Shown: positions 62,038 through 64,000 of the stretch, one piece after another
How positions within the stretch are numbered: the stretch's first letter is position 1
Layout: each line of letters starts with the position of its first letter
Origin: a virus
DNA length: 64,000 bases
Direction: 5' to 3' (one strand)
Virus record (IMG/VR): IMGVR_UViG_3300014208_001418
Notes under the pieces: model-generated
What the model was told of the DNA's origin: nothing
What the model saw: the letters and a program-made list of their open reading frames with translations, nothing else
Databases searched by the model: none
Position numbers and translations under genes: made by a program

Positions 62038-62826
62038 TTAAGCAAAAACACTTTCATCCATTTCATAATATTTCCCCTCTTCTTTTCTTTCATAAACGAA
62101 CTCATCATTTACTTTTTGTTTAACTTCAGGATGATGTGGACAGTAACTATAATTTCCCAAAGAACAGTTACAGTTATTACATAGAACTCTAAAGCCTTCA
62201 GGATAACAATTGTTTATTATCCATCGATTTAAACCACTTCTACCCACTTCATTTCTATGTTTATTTCCGTTCCCATGTGCATGATCCAAACTTAAAAAAG
62301 CATAAACATCATTACCACAACAAGCGCATTTTAAATCTGGAGAATAGTGAGATAGTACTTTATATCGATAGTTTATATTATATTTATCTTTCCCTCTTAT
62401 CTCAGGGTTCTTATGATAACACTCTTCATAGAATCCTTTGCATAGATTACAGTTATAACATAGGACTTGAAATCCTTCAGGATAGTTATTTTTTATAAGC
62501 CAGTTCATTAAGTACGGATCTCCTCCAATCTCTCGTTTATGTTCTGCTCCATCGTTATTAATATGATCTATAGTCAAAAACTCAACATGGGATTCACCAC
62601 AGCATTGACATTTTAATTCTGGAGAGTAGTGAGATAGTACTTGAAGGCGAAGTTTGTCACGATATTCTTTATTCCACTCTTTCATCTCCTTTCCATGCTC
62701 TCTGTAATATTCTCTATTATATTCTTTTTTTTCTTCCTTATGCTCTTTACGATATAATTGCAATTCTTCTTTATTCTCCTCCTGCCATTTTTTCATATAC
62801 TCAGCTCGTTTTACTTTATCCCACAT
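62038..62826 (-). CDS. Tandem double-HNH endonuclease-like protein (copy 2)
   Basis: Paralog of 629-1324; MWDK start at 62826; ends YYEMDESVFA. Confidence 0.8.
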   Translation of the reverse strand: MWDKVKRAEYMKKWQEENKEELQLYRKEHKEEKKEYNREYYREHGKEMKEWNKEYRDKLRLQVLSHYSPELKCQCCGESHVEFLTIDHINNDGAEHKREIGGDPYLMNWLIKNNYPEGFQVLCYNCNLCKGFYEECYHKNPEIRGKDKYNINYRYKVLSHYSPDLKCACCGNDVYAFLSLDHAHGNGNKHRNEVGRSGLNRWIINNCYPEGFRVLCNNCNCSLGNYSYCPHHPEVKQKVNDEFVYERKEEGKYYEMDESVFA

Positions 62827-62953
62827 TAACAATCCTAGCCCCTTTCATCACATGCCCACAATCTTGACATTTAATTCTCTGATATTTTCCTGTTACCCGT
62901 ACTTCAATTCCAGCTTTTATAGTGTTTGCGCTTTCGCATCTTTTACAATTCAT
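62816..62953 (-). CDS. 45-aa zinc-ribbon protein coupled to HNH copy 2 (not in ORF track)
   Basis: MNCKRCESANTIKAGIEVRVTGKYQRIKCQDCGHVMKGARIVNVG. Confidence 0.75.
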   Translation of the reverse strand: MNCKRCESANTIKAGIEVRVTGKYQRIKCQDCGHVMKGARIVNVG

Positions 62954-63333
62954 GTACTTATGTAAGTACTTATTTACTTAAGTACTTTATCGCTGATATC
63001 GAGGAAGAACCTATTGATTTTATGGTTTATTTTTGATAAACGAATATCTTTTAACCTATAATTTTATCATCAAAAATTCAAGTCTTAACATCTATCATTA
63101 AAACATCAAGAAAATATCTTATAATCAATATGTTAAGCTAGTTTTTTCTGATAATAAACTTTATATATCTGAATTGGGTGTATTAAAACATGAAATTGAA
63201 AGAAGTATTTTTAGGAAAGTATGACTTTAATTTGAAAACATTGGAGAAACTATAGTTATTCATACAACCTAGACAAAGTATTTAACATAAAAGGTATAAG
63301 AAGAAATAAAAGAAAATAAAAAGGAGATATAAA

Positions 63334-63939
63334 ATGAATTGTACACAATGCCCATATTCGGGAACAGGAGATCCAGAAGACATCTTTCGACACATGATTC
63401 AAGTACATGGAATGACACGACAGAACACCCCATACCCATTAAGGCAATTTTGGGACAACCACTCTCAATCAGGTTACTACGAAGCCCCTCATCCCATTTC
63501 AGGATTGGCTCCACACCACCAACAAACTGCTTTGGCTAATCAGACTATTCGCATGTTCAACCCAAATCCCAACCATCGAATAACAATCTCTCCCACAATA
63601 GTTCCAGAACCTTGGGTTAAAAAAGAAGAAAATTTCTACACAGTCGAAGTACCCATTGAAGACCAAGCCCTCAAAAGCGTAATCATAAAAGGCTCCCTAA
63701 CTCCTGGTCACGGTAAAGTAACTATAACAAAAAAAGAAGAACACGAAAACACAGGTTTGATTAATAAAATATTTGGAGGTTCTCCCACCTCAACACTTAT
63801 AGACGGTCAAATCATATCAGAAGAATTTAGGACATTTACTCGTTCTCTCGAATACAAACAATGGGAACAAAAGTTCATGGAAAACACAGCAACTCAAATA
63901 AACCTAATCAGGAGTAAACTGTTAGGTTCAAATTACTAA
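63334..63939 (+). CDS. Hypothetical protein with N-terminal C2H2-type finger
   Basis: CTQC...FRHMIQVH; GGAG RBS. Confidence 0.6.
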   Translation: MNCTQCPYSGTGDPEDIFRHMIQVHGMTRQNTPYPLRQFWDNHSQSGYYEAPHPISGLAPHHQQTALANQTIRMFNPNPNHRITISPTIVPEPWVKKEENFYTVEVPIEDQALKSVIIKGSLTPGHGKVTITKKEEHENTGLINKIFGGSPTSTLIDGQIISEEFRTFTRSLEYKQWEQKFMENTATQINLIRSKLLGSNY

Positions 63940-64000
63940 ACTTGTCCATTTTTTTCATCACTCTACATCCCGTTTTCCCAAAATCGCTCCTTATACCTCG

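Noticed and set aside
1-64000. Global reassignment of TAG to Trp or pyrrolysine
   Set aside because: TAG is a genuine stop for several genes, including FA-tailed proteins (629, 53726, 34874) whose tails would be lost on read-through
1-64000. tRNA, rRNA, capsid, terminase, reverse transcriptase/DGR
   Set aside because: No T-loop/cloverleaf, rRNA signature or diagnostic protein motifs found by eye
1-64000. Firm classification as a Borg or mini-Borg
   Set aside because: Host cues and skew fit, but there are few perfect tandem repeats, no termini and no marker genes in the window; left as unclassified element

Overview
AT-rich, gene-dense segment of an archaeal extrachromosomal element (large virus/plasmid or Borg-like). 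The host is probably a Methanosarcinales archaeon: the window has a PEF-CTERM sorting signal, GGTGAT/GGAG RBSs, BRE-TATA promoters, a methanogen-type TnpB remnant and sequon-rich surface proteins. No capsid, terminase, replicase, rRNA, tRNA or CRISPR array was seen. Genes are almost all on the + strand from 1.7 to 46 kb and have an unusual C-rich coding strand. Cargo includes nucleotide metabolism (Tmk, ThyA-like, HAD, MazG-like, PyrE-like, NrdG-like), 7-deazaguanine enzymes (QueE, QueC), an HrpA-like DEAH helicase, an rIIA-like GHKL protein, a TFEbeta/C34-like factor, a degenerate actin-fold protein, a HerA/FtsK ATPase, a tyrosine recombinase and several homing-type endonucleases. Four signals stand out. 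(1) An AGTAGTAGTAGCA element sits at fixed spacing after the TATA box of about 18 promoters. (2) An acidic-hydrophobic-Phe-Ala C-terminus is shared by 7 proteins from 6 unrelated families. (3) Endonuclease genes sit at the 3' ends of resident genes next to duplicated gene ends. (4) Two of these endonucleases carry a single in-frame TAG at an expected Trp. All family calls are by motif recognition from memory; no database searches were run.
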